A DNA stretch of 64,000 nt, from contig OX597817.1 in NCBI GenBank assembly GCA_951406725.2, forward strand, positions 142,290,001 to 142,354,000, read 5' to 3'. The notes beneath the pieces were generated by a model. The model saw only the letters and a program-made list of their open reading frames with translations, was not told where the DNA came from and made no database searches. Every line of letters begins with the position of its first letter. Positions within the stretch are counted from its first letter, which is position 1. The DNA is from Octopus vulgaris (lineage: Eukaryota). The position numbers and the translations under genes are program-made. Shown here in pieces: positions 27,345 through 42,234 of the stretch.

Positions 27345-28035
27345 TAGGAGTGTGTGTCTGTTTGCATATGTTTGTGTGTGTGTGTGTGAGTTTGTCCACT
27401 ACCACTGCTTGACAACCGGTGCTGGTGTGTTTACGTCTCCGTAATACAGTGGTTGATCTAGGGCACCGATAAAATAAGTACCAGACTTTAAGAAATAACA
27501 ATTAATGAGGTCGATTCATTGGACTAAGAATTCGTCAGGTCGGTGCCCCAGCCTGGTCGCAATCATAAATGACTTAAACAAGTAAAGGATAAAAGATAAA
27601 CGAATCATTATTGAGCAGATATAGCTATGAAGTTAAAAAGCTCGCTCTGAAATGGCATGATGTCGGGTTCAAACGCAGTTGGCGGCAGCTTGGGAAAGTG
27701 TCTTATACTATAGCACCGAGGGAGTTTGGTAGACATATAGATATGTGTGTGTATGTGTGTGTAAGTGTGTATGTGTGTATGAGTGTGTATGTGTGTGTAA
27801 GTGTGTATGTGTATGAATATTGTGTGGGCTTGTGTGTATGTATGTGTATGTATATGTGTATGTATGTGTGTATGTCTGTGTGTGTGTGCGCGTGTATGCA
27901 TATGTGTATGTTTCTGTGTGCATGTATGTGTAAGCGTGTATGTGTCTGTGTGGATGAATGTATATTCGCCCCCCCCCCCACCTGTTGGTTCGTTTACATC
28001 TCCTAACTTAGCGGTTCTGCAAAAGAAACCGATAG
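27345..28035 (+). mobile_element. Two diverged family-A SINE copies in tandem
   Basis: GCTTGACAACCGGTGCTGGTGTGTTTACGTC...GGTGCCCCAGC tail, then a second head GGGTTCAAA...TTGGGAAAGTGTCTT...TAACTTAGCGGTTC. Confidence 0.7.
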
Positions 28036-28044
28036 AATTCTTTT

Positions 28045-28805
28045 ATTCTTTTATTTCTTTTGCTTTTTCAGTCATTTGACCACTTCGGCTATGCTGAAGC
28101 ACCGACTTTAGTCGAACACATTGATCCCAAGACTTATTCTCTGGAAGCCTAATACTTATTCTATCGGTCTCTTTTGTCGAACTGCTAGGATACAGGGATG
28201 TAAACACACCAATATTGGCTGCAAGCGATGGCGGGAGCACAAACACAGGCATACAAATGCATATATATATGTGTGTGTGAGTGTGTGTGTGTGTCTGTCT
28301 GTCTGTGTGGTGAGACCACCTTCGGTTTGACTGACCATGGGATTGTACCTAGTCCGGGCAAGGTTGTTTATGGAAGACCAGCAGTCGCCCATGAATACCT
28401 GCCTCCCCTCGTCATGCCACCGATGTTATCCAAAGGAAAGGCAAAGGGGCCGATACAGCTTGACACCTGTGACGTCGCAACTCATTTCTACAGCTGAGTG
28501 AACTGGAGCAACGTGAAATAAAGTGTCTTGCTCAAGAACGCAACACGTAGTCAGGTCCGGGATTCGAACTAACAACCTCACGCTCTAACCAGTGAGCCAT
28601 GCGCCTTCACACATATATATGTGTGTGTGTGTGTGCGTGTGTGACTGGCTTCTTTCAGTCTCTGTCTACCAAGTCTTCTCACAAGACTTGGTCGGCCTAA
28701 GGCTATAGTAGAAAACAGTTGCCCAAGGTGGCACGCAGTGGGACTGAACCCGGAGCCACAAGGTTGGGAAGGAAGTTCCTTACCACACACTCACTCCTGC
28801 GCCTA
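28045..28805 (-). mobile_element. Family-A SINE interrupted in its TG microsatellite by a second SINE (28270-28610)
   Basis: 3' half at 28045-28270 and 5' half at 28620-28805, both on the minus strand. The insert has the minus-strand head GAAGGCGCATGGCTCACTGGTTAGAGC...GTTCGAATCC. Confidence 0.8.
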
Positions 28806-29600
28806 AGTATGCGAACTAGATTTTTTTTTAAATAAGCTCTGGTGTCGATTTGCTCCGCTAAAACCCTTCAAGGCGTGCATGGCCCAGCATGGCCGCCGTC
28901 CAATGATTGAAACATATAACAGATAAAATATTGGATATCGATTACATAGTGAATCATGCACAAAAGATATCCTTGAAAATGCTTAAACCTTGTAATAAAT
29001 GAACGAATATGCTTGAATTGTTACAGAATTAAATAAGCCACCCATTTATTGGTATTGTAATCAATCAATTATAAAGGATTTTAGCATCTTATAGATATTT
29101 CAGTCGATAATACTTGCAAATTTTATATTTGAACTGTTAGTGTTGCGAAAACGAAGTCGATATTTTAAGAATATAGATAGAAGACAAAAAGAAAAAAATA
29201 AACAATAATATAACAAAATGGCAAATAACGCAGCGTATTCTGCCAAATACATGCATCGCTAACTTTGTTTCGTCTGAATCAAAGAATTCGGTGAACCATT
29301 AAATTTCTCGACAAAATAGTTGAAGATAATTATTTTAAGGTTTTTGGTGAAAATGGAAAAAAAATATATATTTCTAAAGACACATGTAAGGAGAAGAATT
29401 GGCATAAAAAGCAACCTCGGAAATTTAGGCCAACGATCTGAAGTCGCATTTTTTTTTTCTTTTTTTCAATTCAGTTTGATCATGTTTTCTTTTTGTGTCT
29501 GCCTGACTGTCTGTCTAACTTTCTCTTTCTCTCTTTGGGTATCTCTCTCTCTCTTTCTCTCTTTGGGTATCTCTTTCTCTCTCTCTTTCTCTCTTTATGT

Positions 29601-29635
<35 letters not shown>

Positions 29636-29679
29636 TGTTATTATTACATTCTGGTTAACACGAAAATACAGTGCTTTTA

Positions 29680-30110
29680 TCTTTTATGCTTCACTTGCTT
29701 CAGTCATTAGACTGTGGCCATGCTGGGGCACCGCCTTGAAGAATTTTTAGTCGAATGAATCAAACCCCGGTGCTTTGTTTTAAACGATCGAACCGTTAAG
29801 TTATGAGGACGTTAACACACCAACATCGGTTGTCAAGCAGTGGCGGGGAAATACAGATACAAAGATGCACACACACACACACACACACACACACTCATAT
29901 ACAATCACACATTCACACACATAAACATATGAGAGAGATACACACACACACATACATACGATGTACTTCTTTCAGTTTCTGTCCAGCAACTCTACTCACA
30001 AGGCTTTGATCGGCCTGAAGTGATTGTAGACCTCGCTTACCCAAGATGTCACACAGTGGGACAGATTCCGGATCCATATGGCTGAGAAGTAAGCTTCTTA
30101 CGACACAGCC
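29680..30110 (-). mobile_element. Family-A SINE (diverged)
   Basis: Reverse-complement match. Confidence 0.8.
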
Positions 30111-30120
30111 TCTATATATA

Positions 30121-30479
30121 CGAGGGTCAGGCTATAATTACCAGCACAGGAACATGTATCATACATCAAAGTGAAGCTGGTTCTCTGTGGATCACATCCC
30201 TACTTCTCAATATAGTAACAGTTTCTCTCAATAGCACTGTCCCACCTTCGAATGAGAGCATGTATCCCTGCTCCGTAAAATTCTCTTGACTGTTCCTTGA
30301 TCCACTTTTTTCACTTCCTCGTCACTGGACTATCATCTCTTCGACCCAATGAAAGAGGGTTTGAGAGGCAAACATTATTCCACAGAGGACCAACTTCATT
30401 TTGATGTATGATACATATTCCTGTGTTGGTAATATTACCTGTACTAAACAAAATGGCATTACTTTTTGACTCACCCTCG
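30121..30479 (-). mobile_element. Non-autonomous mariner derivative
   Basis: TA|CGAGGGT ... ACCCTCG|TA termini. Internal inverted arms 30136-30190/30379-30437. Minus-strand translation QSREFYGAGIHALIRRWDSAIERNCYYIEK* matches the mariner transposase C-terminus. Confidence 0.8.
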
Positions 30480-31506
30480 TACTTTATATGCTTTAGTTAG
30501 CTTTGTTTTCAGCATTTCGTTTTTCAGTAGTAAGATATGTACTTATTAATATGTGGTGTTATCATTTTATAATCTTTCCTGAAAACCTGTATGTGTAGAG
30601 ACTCAGGATTTATGACAAGAGGCAGGAGAATGATTACGAGCGAACATGCCAGCCCATCATGCTAGAAACAACAGTCAAATCTCGTTCAACAGTCAAATCT
30701 TGATAGCCTCTTATATAAAGTAAGAACTAATCTGATAATTAAGCCCTGGGTCTCACTCACATATAAAGATAGCTTGAAGCTAATATAACATTCCGAAGGG
30801 ATGTTTTATTAGCTTCGAGTTATATTTATTATGAGTGAAAAGATGTGCAGTTGTTGATTGTGTTTAGCGATTTTGAGATGTGGTGCTCTGTTTTGCACTT
30901 AAGGTGGGTACAGACAAACCATATATACATAAATATATGTGCACCTTGTGAATTCAAACCTGACCAAAACAAAGTACAAAGGCTGATTACTTTAGTAGAG
31001 TAACTTGCAGCTGGTGTTGTGGAACTTGAGAGATATATGGAGATGATGGGTTGTTAATATAGTAGGAATGATAGTTGTTAGTCTGGTTAGATGTGTGCTT
31101 TGGTTTCATTTTGTGGATGTGAAGCTGAGGTGAGGAGAGTATGAGGTAATTTGTAGAGGGTGAAACCTAGTCCATCGCCTGTAAATGAATATATTGAGTG
31201 ATAGGAGTGGTGGTGGTGGTGTGGCGAGGTCGTACGTTAATTGATTTGAGTTTAATTAATTTAACAAATAAATGGGAATGATAGTTAGGCGTATGAGTGG
31301 AAATATGAGTAAAAATATAAACACACCCCATCAGATGTCAGTAGAAGCTATCTGATGAAATAGTTCAGTCCTGCGTGCCCACGAAACTGTAAGTCATACG
31401 TGTCAGACTATTACAATATATGTGCGTGTATTGTTGGTGTACGTATATGTGTGTGGGTGTATGTATGTATATATGTATGTATGTATGCTTGTATGCTTGT
31501 ATGCCA

Positions 31507-32030
31507 CTAGAGAAAGAGCCGTCTTCCAGCCCAGATCCAACGCTCCTTCACCGGAATCTCAACATCAACAACAGGGTAGTTTTGTATGTATGTATGTATG
31601 TATGTATGTATGTATACAGATTTGTATGTTTTGCTTTATGTATGTATTCCCATGCATATACTTGCATATCTAGACATGCTCATATATATCTAATTGATAA
31701 ATTTCTGGAAAGTTTTACGGAATTTTACTGTTCCAGTGATGGATTAGATTTGTAGTCTTCGAATTACCTTTCTCCTTTCTGAATGTATTCGTGTATGTCG
31801 TATGTATGTATGTATGTATGTATGTATGTATGTATGTATGTATGTATGTATGTATGTATGTGTAGATTTGTATGTGTAGATTTGTATGTTTAATGTATGT
31901 ATTCTCATGCATATAGTTACATATCTAGACATATTCATATATATTTAAATGATAAACTTCTGGAAAGCTTTACAGATTTTTACAGTTCCAGTGATCTTTA
32001 GTCTTCGAATTACCTTTTTCCTTTCTGAAT
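31507..32030 (+). repeat. Dispersed repeat with a tandem partial duplication (31615-31790 and 31876-32030), separated by (GTAT)n
   Basis: Direct sequence similarity between the two copies and with 6420-6665. Confidence 0.8.
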
Positions 32031-32618
32031 GTATGCATGCATGCATGTATGTATGTATGTATGTATGTATGTACGTACGTACGTACTTACGTACGTATGT
32101 ATGTATGTATGTATGTATGTATGTATGTATGTATGTATGTATGTATGTATGTATGTATGTATGTATGTATGTATGTATGTATGTATGTATGTATGTATGT
32201 ATGTATGTATGTATGTATGTATGTATGTATGTATTATCCTAAATTCGAACAGTGGCTGATATTACTTCGCTTTTCCTACAGCTGTAATCGACATAAAATA
32301 TATCACACATTTGATAAAATAATCGAGTTGTTCTCATTAAGAATATCCTTGCTCTGCAAATGTTTTCTATGTGTCTGTTGTAAAAAAAAATCCTTATATT
32401 GTAATTGTTGTTATTGTTAATGGTGTTGTCGCTGTTATTAACACTTAGGCAGACCAAGTGAGAGTTTATGGAAATAATCTATATTTTTATTTGTTAATGG
32501 TGATGACAATAGATCTAGAGATAAGAGTTCAAGAAATCGAGATTTAAACGCATTTTCAATCGCTAGTTCAAAATCTAACGTGTTAATGCCATAGCTTTCA
32601 CATATTGTAGTTTTACTA

Positions 32619-33185
32619 AGGCGGCGAGCTGGCAGAATCGTTAGCACGCCGGGCGAAATGCGTAGCCGAATTTCGTCTGCCGCTACGTTCTGAGTTCAAA
32701 TTCTGCAGAGGTCGACTTTGCCTTTCATCCTTTCGGGGTCGATTAGATAAGTACCAGTTACGCACTGGGATCGATATAGTCGACTTAATCCGTTTGTCTG
32801 TCCTTGTTTGTCCTCTCTGTGTTTAGCCCCTTGTAGGTAGTAAAGAAATAGGTATTTCGTCTGCCGCTACGTTCTGAGTTCAAATTCCGCCGCGGTTGAC
32901 TTTGCCTTTCATCCTTTCGGGGTCGATTAAATAAGTACCAGTTACGCATTGGGGTCGATATTTTCGACTTAATCCGTTTTTCTGTCCCTGTGTGTTTAGC
33001 CCCTTGTGGGTAGTAAAGAAATAGGTATTACGTCTGTCTTTTGGTTCTGAGTTCAAATTCCACCAATATTGACTTTGCCTTTCATTCTTTCGGGGTCGAT
33101 AAATTAACTGTTTATCATTGCGTTGATCTACTCGACTGGTCCCCTCCCAACAAATTTCGGGCCTTGTGCCTAGAGTAGAAAAAAA
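32619..33185 (+). mobile_element. Family-B SINE with internally triplicated body
   Basis: One head followed by three successive (T/A)CGTCTG...TTCTGAGTTCAAATTC...GACTTTGCCTTTCAT.CTTTCGGGGTCGAT blocks at about 32672, 32856 and 33029. Confidence 0.88.
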
Positions 33186-34547
33186 TATTGCAGTTCTCCG
33201 GCCTAACTATATCGATCCTTTTCTACCTAGCCAATCAGATACATCTACTTAGATATTATCGAGAATTTGTTCCTATTTCATCCGAGATATGTAGAGAAAA
33301 TACCATATATCAGAGAATCGTGTTTGTGGTCGCTATCTATTCCCAGTAGGATCAAGTGCACTTCAATAAGATTGCTAATGCCCTAGATAAAGGCATGAAT
33401 TTACAGAACCTTATTCCTGCTATCTTGTAAATATGGATGTGTAGGCTTATGTAAGAAATCGATAATGTGTTATTGGCTTCCATCTTGCCGTTTACTTTGA
33501 ACGCCGCTACCGAATTTCAGTTCAATTTATATTATATTCTATATTTGATCAAAGGTTCAAATAATAATACATCAAATAAACATTTATGAGTGATATGTTT
33601 CATCAAAAGATCTGGGTTCCCAAATTTTGTTTTTTGTATTTTTACTCCAAGATGAAAGCCCCGGCTTTCACCTTTATTACTTATAAACGGTTGTACTCGA
33701 AGTTGCTCAAAAACAAAATCAAACACTCAATCGTAATTTTATTATCCATGCATCTCCACTTTTGCGTGTTAAGAATTTTTCCCCGTGAGAAAACTGAATA
33801 CTACTTAACAAAATTTCAATGGACTTATCAAAGTCCAGAAGAACAAAAACAAGCAAGTATTTTTGTATCTCCAGTCTATTGGTTACATAATATTACTCAA
33901 TAATTTGACACATTCTAATAAAACCCTCATATCACATGAATTTCAACAAAAACAATTTAGTTAAAAGTCGCTATATATATATATATATATTTTATATATG
34001 TTATACTAACGTACAGATGGAGAGCTAGAGAGAGAGAGAGCGTGTCTGTGTATGTGTTTGTGTGTGAGAGAGGGAGAGAGAGTTGTTGAAGGATAGGTTT
34101 AGTCATTCGAACGCGAGAGAACCTCATGTAATCTAGAACTGATTAGAGTGGAAAAATAGGAGAGGAGCATAAAAATCACCATGGATACACCGGTTAGAGC
34201 ATCTTGGGATTTCGTTCCTCAACAGATAGTCATGGGCAGAACAGAATATTTGCAGCATAGAGCACTTTACTTTCATTTGCTTATCGTAAGAATTTGCATC
34301 TATTTCCATGAATTATCATGCTCTTCATCGACAGCCAAGCCCTCTGATCTACCGTCCAACTTTTGCATCGTGTAAACATCAGATGGCAAATAATTCAAAG
34401 GCTAGAACCAAACGTTAAGCCTGCTCTCCGCAGAGTGTAGAATTCACTTACACCTACTTCAAACGTTTATATCTTCTACGTTGTTTGGCCCTTATATTCA
34501 AATAAAAATATCTCAAATTCTTACAAAACTTATCAAAGAAAATACAC

Positions 34548-34740
34548 ACCCTTGTAGGTAGGAAATAAATGGGTATTTCGTCTGCCGCTACGTTCTGAGT
34601 TCAAATTCCGCCGAGGTCGACTTTGCCTTTCATCCTTTCGGGGTCGATTAAATATGTACCAGTTACGCACTGTAGTCGATGCAATCGACTTCAACCCTTT
34701 CCTCAAAAAGGAGGCCTTGTGCTTCCAGTAGAAAGAATTA
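34548..34740 (+). mobile_element. Family-B SINE, 5'-truncated
   Basis: CCCTTGTAGGTAG...GGTATTTCGTCTGCCGCTACGTTCTGAGTTCAAATTCCGCCGAGGTCGAC. Confidence 0.85.
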
Positions 34741-34861
34741 TTTTAAAGGAGGTTTAAGAATAACACCGGGATATCTGTGGAGTTGACTCGACACTGAGAA
34801 AACATTGAAACTGTTTGTGTGGTCTCAGACTTCGTCTTCATAATATATGAAATGCATGTAC

Positions 34862-35080
34862 AGACGCAGGTGTGGCTGTGTGGTAAGAAGCATGCTTTCC
34901 AACCACATAGTTCGGTGTTGGTGTGTTAATGTCCCTGTAAACTAGTGGTTCGGCAAGAGAGAAAGAAATACTAGACTTAAAAATGCAAGTACTGTGGTCG
35001 GTTCGTTCGACTAAAAATTCTTCAAGGCGGTGCCCCAGCATGGCCGTAATCTAATGACTGAAACAAGAAGACAAAAGATA
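34862..35080 (+). mobile_element. Family-A SINE with a large internal deletion
   Basis: Head GACGCAGGTGTGGCTGTGTGGTAAG joined directly to the 3' half. Confidence 0.8.
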
Positions 35081-36028
35081 GAAGATGAGAGTTTACACAG
35101 AGGTAGCAGGCTAGAAGGAATATTGTCAAGAGACTTAGAATAAATAACTCCAAGCAAGTAATCTGAAAATCAATATATTTATCCATAATTGTGAGTCCGA
35201 CAAAATATGATTGTTTCGCTGGGATGCTTCGTTAGGAACTGGATAGAGATATTTTTAGTAAAGAATTTAAGTTTGTCAAAGATCATGGCTGGTAATTGTT
35301 CGCATCGAAAGGGAGAAGAAAATGTTCGCGGAGGTTACAAGTTCAAAGGGACGTGCAAATAAAGAAATTAAGGTAAGAAGTTTGAGTGTCATAATATTTA
35401 ATCCATAATCGTATATCCAACGAAATATATTTCGTGGGACTCACAGCTATTGAATGTATAGACGAAAATGAATTTTACTACATGAAATATATATCATTTA
35501 AATACACAAGCACATATTTTGGTGAAGGGTATAGTTGAGTAATTCTTTCATATTCGTTCTCTTGCAACTCATAGTAATTTAATCATCACGAAATATAAAA
35601 GGTAACGATGAAACCGGTGGTATTTAAACTGAGAACCAGGCTAAATATTGTATGGCATTTTATCGTTAGTCTTCCAATGCTGTCAGTCGGTCAAGGATAC
35701 ACTTACCTAAATGCATGGAATATCAAGAAGGAAATTTAAATTAAATATCTTGTGAGAGAAATATAAAATTCGGCGTGGAGTAATCCTTTTTCTCTTCTTC
35801 CACAAGTAATAAAAAAAATTCTGGACAAATTCCTATGTCACTGAACATCAACTGCGAAAGTTTAACGTTGAAGTAAGTTACCAGACCGTTGTTATAGAGA
35901 ACCGGATATTTAACAATTAAATGTGTCTGAGACGCTATCAAGGGTATTAGAGGAAATTCTATTGGCTTTTAAAATGCGTTTGCTTGTTGCCAGAAATGTG
36001 TCAGAAACAAATACACAATGACAATGTC

Positions 36029-36460
<432 letters not shown>

Positions 36461-36828
36461 GTAAACAATAGTAACAATTGTTAATTGACGTAACGCCAAA
36501 CATATATAAAGGAAGTGGATTGGTCGATTAAATAAACTGTCAGTCGATTAGGTAGACATATTTTTGAAGAAAGATGTAAAGAAAAGTCGTCTTGGAAAAG
36601 ATGTCAATACACAACCCGAAAGAATTTAAATAAATAATGAAGTTGGCTTTGTCTCTTTGCTTCAAGTGTCCCATAAATACAAAATATACCAAGAAATGTG
36701 TTGAAGACTAACAGTGTGTGTATGTGTGTGTGGGGGGGGGGCCTGTGTGTGTGTGTGTGTGTAACTGTACATCCATGTGCAAATTTCTATCGTAAAATAT
36801 TGGCACCGAGCCATGTATGATATTTATA

Positions 36829-38053
36829 CAATGTCCCGAAATTAAGGCAACCGAAGTTTTGGGATGTAATAACTGTTAATAAAGGTGATAAGATATGGAA
36901 ATTACACATCATTAGAAAAGCTTAATATATGTTCTTTTTGGTTCAGGCTAAATAAAGTCAGATTTATAAATTAGATAATGGCTATAGACCGAAATACAAT
37001 TATAACCCCCACCCCACAGAGGAAGCGAAAGTAATACAACTGTAGCACAAAAGCTTAAAATTAACCGAACAGTGTGGAAAATTGTCAAGAAATTTCTAAT
37101 TTCAAGTTCCACTACTGATCGATCTGGACACGGCCGAAAAAGAATAATGTGGATCCTTCAGCCTATCAAAAGCACCGAAGAAAAGATACAGCGAAATTCT
37201 CATCGTTCTGTTAGTAAACTGACTCCTAAAGTAAAAATAGGCCGCGCATTGATCTATCGAGTGCTGAAGGAGGATTTCAGGACCCATCCCTACAAGTTGA
37301 TTTACCGTCGTTATCTCACGTAAGTTTATAAGGACATGAGACTGGAAAGAAGTTGCCGTATCATGCGTCGGATTGTTGAAGCCACTCTGCTCAACTTGGT
37401 GTTTACTGATAAAAAGAAATTTGACATCGAATAAACATAAACAGTAAACCACCAGAATGACTGCTTAGGAATGTATCTGACTTTATCGAGGTCAGACTCG
37501 TGTATCGACGTGAAAATCCAGTCAGTTATGGTTTGGGCGGCTGTGACAGTCACTAGAAGGCGTCCCTTGGGTATTAAAATTAACACCCAGCGATACACTA
37601 GCGATATTCTGGAGGCTGAACTGCTTCCATGAACGAATCAGCACTTCCAAGGCGCATCTTGGTGCCTCCAACAGGGATCGGCACCATCACACAGCTCCAA
37701 ACAGACACAACGCTGGATTCAGAAAAACGTTCCATGACCCTCAAGAAGCCCCAATCTCAACCCATTGGATTTTTATTTATGGTTCATTTTGGAGACGAGA
37801 GTCTCGAGTACTCCTCATTCATGCGGCAGGAATGGGCTTCGATTCCGCAAAACAACAGTGTGCCGCGTGTGAAGCGTTCACACCACGACTTAAGGCTGTG
37901 ATTCAAAACAGTGGCGGTCATACCGAATAAAGGTGGTAGTGTCATAATTGAGTATCCTTTACCAATGCATCGCAACGCTCTGACCCGAAATATAACAATA
38001 TTTAGCCTTGAAAAACTGAAAAAAGTTGGTTGCCTTAATTTTGGTACACGTTG
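36829..38053 (+). mobile_element. Near-full-length decayed Tc1/mariner transposon
   Basis: TA TSDs. TIRs CAA.TGT.CC.AAATTAAGGCAACC / GGTTGCCTTAATTTTGGTACACGTTG. Broken transposase: VWKIVKKF...DRSGHGRKR, LVFTDKKKF, VMVWAAVT, QQGSAPSH, SPNLNPLDF. Confidence 0.9.
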
Positions 38054-38463
38054 TATGTATCTACAAACATACACGCATAGAGAGCCAGATACATATGAAC
38101 GGGAAAATATATACACATGTATGTATTCTTGAATTCTATTTAAAGGCTTCTAAGGCTGGGCATATTAACCATTTTTAGCCCGATGAAAGACCAACTGTCT
38201 GCAAGATCTTTCCTCCCAGACTAGTTAATTCAACATGCATAATGTGCGGGAAATGTTCGAATCTATTTCAGGTTCCGCAAAGGACATGGCAGTTCAAAGT
38301 GCTCGCTTCCTATACGTTACCCCGATCAATCCAGGTAACGTTACAACTTTCGTCTAACAACTTTGCTTCAAGCCGTGCTGATCTCCAGCTGGGCTGAATG
38401 GTTACCTGAGTTCAGAGATGGAAAGTCTAAAATACCACTGACAACAAAAAGATGGCAATCACC

Positions 38464-38554
<91 letters not shown>

Positions 38555-38574
38555 TTCAAAATTTAACTGCATCT

Positions 38575-38760
38575 GAATCGTTGGAAATTTTTTCCTTCCG
38601 CCCTCCTTTTCTGTTGGACTTTCCTTTGTCTCCTGTTCCTGAAGAAGAGCTTTGCTTCAAACGTAAAAGAACCTTTCTTTCCTTCTCTGTTAATACTTTA
38701 CATGTACCACGTCCTCGCGTTGTTGTCTTTTTGTGTTTGTTCTTCTTTTTTTTATTTACA
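38575..38760 (+). mobile_element. Penelope pLTR-like short repeat with a degenerate hammerhead core
   Basis: CTGAAGA (38639-45)-AGAGCTTTGCTTC-AAACGT, with the G of GAAA lost. Same family as 7035-7216. Confidence 0.55.
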
Positions 38761-39109
38761 ATATATATGTTCACATAGTTTCAGAATTGATTCATGGAAT
38801 TTCGATCCTCTACTTGGTCACAAATAGGCATACACACACACACGCGCGCGCGCGCACCCCAACCACATATGTATACATATAGAAGGAAATGTGAATATGA
38901 GGATTAGCAAGTTCGCCAGATCAATATAGAAAGTGTATTAAATACATGGACTACAAAATAAAAAGTAAGTATGATTACATACAAGAAGGTCTGACTTAGA
39001 CAGAATAGAAATGATATCGAGAATTAAAAGGGTTGAAGAAAAGTAATTAACCGCCTTAATTCTTGATATCATTTCTATTCCGTGTGAGTCGGACCATTTT
39101 TTATGCAAA

Positions 39110-39259
39110 AGTAGCTTGTTTACCAACCACATGGTTCCGGGTTCAGTCCCACTGCGTGACACGTTGGGCAAGTGTCTTCTACTATAGCCTCGGGCCGACC
39201 AAAGCCTTGTGAGTGGATTTGGTAGACGTCGTATATATGTATATATGTATATATGTGTG

Positions 39260-39327
<68 letters not shown>

Positions 39328-39528
39328 TGTGTTTGTTCCCCTAGCATTGCTTGACAACCGATGCTGGTGTGTTTATGTCCCTGTTACTTAGCGGTTCGGC
39401 AAAAGAGAACGATAGAATAAGTACTGGGCTTACAAAAGAATAAGTCCCAGGGTCGAGTTGCTCGATCAAAGGCGGTGCTCCAGCATGGCCGCAGTCAAAT
39501 GACTGAAACAAGTAAAAGAGTAAAGAGT
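39110..39528 (+). mobile_element. Family-A SINE, 5'-truncated
   Basis: High similarity to 52500-52915. Confidence 0.9.
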
Positions 39529-39870
39529 ATACCTACATTTTTGGTTTTGTATCTCATCTATTTAATACACTTTCTATATTGATCTGACGAACTTGCTAAT
39601 CTTTACATTTCCTTCTATATGTATATACATATATATATGTGGGTGTGGGTGAATATGTGTGTGTGTGCGTGTGTGCATATTTGTTACCAAGTAGAGGATC
39701 GAAATTCCATGAATCAACTCTGGAACTATGTGCCAAGCACTTGATGACAGCGGATCAAAGCGGTCGAAATGATAAGCGAAGAAGCAAATAATTCTGAATA
39801 GTATTTCAAACCCAAACATGAATTTATGAAGAACGATTACAATATAAAATGAATTCCTATAAATACATAC

Positions 39871-39925
<55 letters not shown>

Positions 39926-40014
39926 CATATAAACAGATGCACACACACATATATAGATATTTATATTTTATAGTATATATGTATAAATATATATATATAT
40001 ACATACACATAAAC

Positions 40015-40047
<33 letters not shown>

Positions 40048-40924
40048 TATACATATATGCATGCGTGCATGTGTGTCTGTCTTCGTGTGTGTGTGTTGTG
40101 TGTGCCTGTGTGTGCATGTGCGTGTGTGCGTGCGTGTGTGTACGCGTGTGTGTGTGAGAGAGTTCTGTATGTGTATGTGTATATGTGTGTGTGTGTGTGT
40201 GCATTTGCGACTTGAATCTACAAACAGCAATTATCGAGAAATTATTGCAAGATAGCAACAGAAACTATCTAACACTGCAATCATTCATCAAGCCGGTGCT
40301 TCATTTTCATGAAACGCATAAATAAATATGTTTATAGAAAAACCTGTAAAAAAAAGTACAAGATGCATAAAGTTTAAATATAGAACTAGCAGAATGATAT
40401 AAAAATGGCTGCTTTGGTAGCACCAAGGAATGGCTTAGAAAAACGTTTCTGATCTCTACTTTCATTTTCGCACCGCCGAAGAAACAGAATTTCTTTCACA
40501 TTGAATAACATCTCATAATACCGACCGTTAATCTTCCAGTCGAGTAAATAGCTATTTTTATACGCCATGAGGAATTTTGGTCACGTCTACGTACGTTTCT
40601 GAGTTCAAATGTTCCAAAGATCGATAAAATAAAAAAAAGTATTTACACTTGGATTCAATTCCACTAACTATAACGTTTCGCTATAAATTGTGGCCTCGTT
40701 ATTACTGTGAGAAACTATAAAATATTACCGACATTCTCACTGTTATCATCATCATGGCCATCGTCGATATCGCCGTCGTCGTCATCGTCGTCGTTGTCGT
40801 CGTTATCATCAACAATTCTGAGAAGTATTGGCCTCCATTTCTTCAGCTACACCGTTTCCACATATCATTAACTTTTCCTTTTAAATCATTCCAGTGATCT
40901 AATTGGTCAATCATACGCCGCACT

Positions 40925-41110
40925 TTGGCAACAATGATGATGAGGAAGAGGAGAGGGAGGAGGATACTGAACATGCGGATGAGGATGAGGATGAGGATGG
41001 TGATTATATTGATAATGATGAGGACATCGTCGACGACGACCACGACTAATACGACGATGATGATGATGACGATGATGGTAATGATAATGATAATGATGAT
41101 GGTGATGATG

Positions 41111-41189
<79 letters not shown>

Positions 41190-41190
41190 C
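40925..41190. repeat. (GAT/GAG)n degenerate plus (AAT)n microsatellite
   Basis: Seen directly. Confidence 0.95.
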
Positions 41191-41479
41191 AAAACCAGAA
41201 AAATGTTGACAGTACACGGAGTCGTCCATTGTATGAGTAACACCGAGAGGTTGTATTTGTCAAGAAGAAAGGCTGGGAGAAGTTTTATCAGTTGCCAGGA
41301 CTGTATAGAAGCAGAGAAAAGCAGTCTAAGGTGATATATAAAAAATGAAACACACGAAGAAGGCCGGCGTCATCAAAACTGAAAATTGTGTAACTAAAGG
41401 AAAAATTGAAACAAGAAACAAACAAAAAAGCAAATAAAAGAAAAAGCATAGAAGGAAAAGAAATTTTACTGTTAGTTTG

Positions 41480-41930
41480 CAAGAGATGTGAACGCCAAAA
41501 CTGATACAGAGGACTGGTAGCTATGGATGGAGAGAAGGGAAGATAGAGACAGAGGCACTCATATGTGCAGCTCAGGAACAAGCGTTAAAAATCAATTAAA
41601 TAAAACAAAAAAACTTTTTTTTTTAGACATTCATTAGTACAACATCCCCACCCCCCAAATATATGGCACACTAGGCATAACAACAACATGAACTTCCAAC
41701 CCTGTTATCTCTTGAGGTCTCTGGGTGAGACTTGGAGCCAACTTGTACAAATATAAAGCAAAAGTCAAACATAGAATAATAATAACAATTATTTGTGCAG
41801 TTGCGGTGGTCAGATACAGTGCATTTATCCTCAAATGGACTAAGGAGGAAATATCAACACTGGATAGAAGTACGAGAAGTATGAGGCGCTATACCCTAAA
41901 GCAAACGTAAACATACTATATATGAAACTA
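41480..41930 (+). mobile_element. R4/Dong-clade LINE fragments
   Basis: Translations ETEALICAAQEQALKIN (about 41546-41596) and AVAVVRYSAFILKWTKEEISTLDRSTR (about 41796-41877). Confidence 0.7.
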
Positions 41931-42234
41931 ATTAATATAGACCGTTATATAAAGGAGAACACTTGCCGAGTATTCGATAAATAGTGATGAAGTCCTGCCG
42001 CAATATGCTGCGAAAAATATGGGTGTAATGCAGATGAAATGGTGGGCAAGGAAGAGTTTAACTAAAGTACTGAGAAGAGAAGACCTTCTTGATCATGTAT
42101 TTGTCTGCATGTCTTCCGCAGCATTCTGAGTGTTGTGCCAAGTGAACCAACTACAGGAATAATAACTGGTTTTTCACTGTCTCCTCAGCTCTCTATCTAA
42201 TTCCTGATAATTATCAATTACTTCAATTATTTAG

